From assembly GCF_009914755.1 (NCBI RefSeq), contig NC_060936.1: a DNA stretch of 64,000 nucleotides; one strand, given 5' to 3'. Below are positions 61,330 to 64,000 of the stretch, piece after piece. Numbering within the stretch: position 1 is the first letter of the stretch; the number at the start of each line of letters is the position of its first letter. Below the pieces are notes generated by a model. That model searched no databases. It saw only the letters and a list, made by a program, of their open reading frames with translations, and was not told the origin of the DNA. The stretch comes from the human T2T-CHM13v2.0 reference genome, Homo sapiens. The position numbers and the translations under genes are program-made.

Positions 61330-61890
61330 ATTCATTGATTCAATAAATATTTATTGAGTGCTTGTTATGTATATTGCTCTTCATTAAGAGGATAAAGCAC
61401 AGGCACAAAGTCATTGCTCTCACGAGTTTATGTTCTGGGAGGAGGCAGACATTAAACAAATTTATTATATTTCAGTGGGTAGTTAAGTGCTCAGAAGAAG
61501 GACAGAGCATGGAAGGGGAAAGAAAGTGATGATAGAGGGGTAGAATCATCATGATTTGCTTATGGGTTTGGTATGCATTATACGAGAAAGAGAAGAATCA
61601 AAGATGACTCCAAGAATCAAAGATGACTCAAACCCCAGTGGAAAGAACGGAGTCCATGAACTGAAACAGGGGTCTTTGGGAGAACAAGCTTTTTCCTGCA
61701 GAGAATGGGGATGGTTAAGAACTCATTTTGGATATATTAAGTCTGATATACCTATTAAGGCATCTGGCTGGAAATATTGAATAGGCAGTTAGATATATGA
61801 GTCTAGAATTCTGGGGAGAATTATAGATGAAAGATGAAAATAGGGAATTATTAGCACATAGATGGTATTTGATTGAAGTCATGACTACCA
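61330..61890 (-). mobile_element. L2 3' fragment (other degraded L2 near 21250-22030, 42640-42870, 49550-50300)
   Basis: CATTGATTCAATAAATATTTATTGAGTGCTT L2 terminus followed by purine-rich L2 body. Confidence 0.6.
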
Positions 61891-62796
61891 AGTAGCTACT
61901 AAAAATGTTTACATTTGGAAAACCATATGTACTTTCAGTAAATTTTCTATGCTCAGGTATGTTATTTCTTGGTTATGATACATAGTAAATTGTTGTAGTT
62001 TGTTTTTTTATCTAGCAAAATATATTTACATTTAATAGTGTATATTGGAATGATGGTATTCCAATAAATACTTGTGCCCTAATTTACTTAACCAAACTCT
62101 AGTTATCGAACATTTAGGTTTTCAGTTTTTTTGGTCCTTATGATGTAATGAGCATTCTTGTTTATCTTTGTACCTATGTTGTTTCCTTGGCAAATTCCGA
62201 GAAGTAGAATTACTGAGCCAATGCATCTTTTTAAAGCTTTTGACATGTATGATAGTGTGGCAGGATTCAGTTTCTCTTTAGCCTTTTTTCTGACTTTAAA
62301 GGTAATGGTTGATTTTCATTGGAAAAACAGAAAAAAACGATGAAAAGGAAAACAGAGATCACAACCATTACTAATGCTCTTGTGTATAGTTTTCTAGATC
62401 ATTTTGCTGCTTCTATAAACATACTTGTCTCTTAAAACCAAATGGGATCATAATAGAAATAGTCTCATATATTGCTTTTTACCATTTAATTACATTGAAT
62501 GGTCATCTTTTCATGTCATTTATATAGAGTGACATGATTTTTAAAGCTGCATATTATTTCATTGTATAGCTACATTATGAATGGCCAGTTGGTTGATGGA
62601 CAATTAGATTGTTTAAGCATATTCATCTGGTTATTTTCTTAGGATACTTTTTTATAAGTGGAATTTCTGGGTCAAATAGTATGTGCAGTTTAAATTTTAA
62701 TACAGATTGCCAGACTGCTCTCCAGAAGGGTACCCTGTTTTACATGCCTACCAACAGTGGTTGAAAGTGTTCATTTCCTCTGATTCTAGCTAATCA

Positions 62797-62890
62797 CCTC
62801 CTCTCCTCTCCTCCCTCCCTTCCCCTCCCCTCCCCTCTTCCTGCCCTCCCCTCTTCCTGCCCTCCCCTCTTCCTGCCCTTGCCCTTTCTT
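62797..62890. repeat. Polypyrimidine low-complexity tract with three 16-bp units (CTCCCCTCTTCCTGCC)
   Basis: Directly visible, at the tail of a minus-strand Alu. Confidence 0.85.
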
Positions 62891-63915
62891 TGACAGGATC
62901 TCACCAGGATGTCACTCTGTTGCCCAGGCTGGAGTATAGTGGCATGATTTCAGCTGAAATCACTGCAACCGCCACTTCCTGGGCTCAGGTGATCCTTCCA
63001 CCTCAGCCTCCTGAGTAGCTGGGAGCACGGGTGTGCACCACCACACCCGGCTAATTTTTGTATGTTTTGTAGAGTTGAGGTTTCACTGTGTTGCCCAGGC
63101 TGATCTTGACCCCTGGGCTCGAGTAATCCACCCTCTTCAGCCTCTCAAAGTGCTGGGATTACAGGTGTGAGCCACTGTGCTCAGCCCCAGCTAATATTCT
63201 TGTTACTCCTTTAGTCTTCAGAAATCTGATACTTTAAAAATGGTAAATTTTTCTTGTTCTCCTTTGATTACCGGTGAGATTTTGGCCATCTGTGCTTTTT
63301 GTTTTGTGAATTGTGGCTCCCATCCTTTGTTTGCTTTTACCTCCTTTACCTATTTTTTCTCTTGACGTGTTTTTCTTTTTCTTACTGTTTTATTAGAATT
63401 TTCTATAAAAAATAATTTTCTATAAAAATAAGGATTGAAGCCCTGATCTATCATATGTGTTACAAATAAGTATTTTTTTAAAACTTCTTTGGTCTTGAGT
63501 TTAATTTATATTGCTTTCTACTGTATTGAAGATTTGAATTTTTATGTAGTTAAATACACTTTTATATAGTTAAGTGCAGTTTTTCTTTTTGTTTGATATT
63601 TTGCTTTGGGGTCATGTTTACAAAGATTTCCTTCACTACAAGCTTACAAAAATATTTATTTTTATTTTCTAGTATTTTTAAATGTTTTCTATTTTCTATT
63701 TAAATTTTTAACCAACTGGAGTTTATTTGGAGCTGAAGTATGAGGCCCATTTTATGTTTCTTTGGAACTATGGATGTGTTCTTTCTCACTAGCTTTTGCA
63801 TCCTTTAAATTCTAGATATTTACTGTTTCTCTTAGCAGTGTGAGGTTAATGATGTTATACCTAAAATTTTTTGATCTCTAACAGTGCTGCTGATACTACT
63901 TTTTGTTTTTTAAAG

Positions 63916-64000
63916 GAACTTTGTGCTTTAATGTTTTCCCTGGATTGGATTAAAGCAAAAACAGAACTTGTAGGCCCTGCTCATCTGATTCATGAATTTG
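63916..64000 (+). CDS. APAF1: APAF1 exon 11, partial (runs off the window)
   Basis: TTAAAG|GAA acceptor in phase 0 (cumulative CDS 1494 nt); ELCALMFSLDWIKAKTELVGPAHLIHEF. Confidence 0.94.

Overview
Human (primate) euchromatic DNA holding the head-to-head IKBIP / APAF1 gene pair (recognised from the proteins; chr12q23 from memory). IKBIP is complete on the minus strand: exon 1 (CDS 37629-37451), exon 2 (27345-27228) and two alternative, mutually exclusive last exons (19735-18899 and 7307-6552), giving 377-aa and 350-aa membrane-anchored coiled-coil proteins. APAF1 runs on the plus strand from a shared CpG-island promoter with p53 elements. Its non-coding exon 1 and coding exons 2-11 (CARD, NB-ARC, HD2) are present, with exon 11 cut by the window end; all splice phases reconcile. 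The rest is very Alu-rich (roughly 70 copies or fragments by eye), plus MLT2/MLT1 solo LTRs, old L1/L2/MIR, MER DNA transposons and a young 5'-truncated SVA. I see no wholly new system. The best leads are: (i) the two IKBIP last exons look like ancient paralogues that swap an acidic for a neutral luminal coiled coil; (ii) an SVA-derived candidate poison exon in APAF1 intron 4; (iii) a tailless 5S rRNA retropseudogene with a 17-bp target-site duplication; (iv) p53 elements written into the IKBIP start codon and coding exon; (v) a uORF overlapping the APAF1 start. Repeat subfamily calls and literature points are from memory and were not computed.
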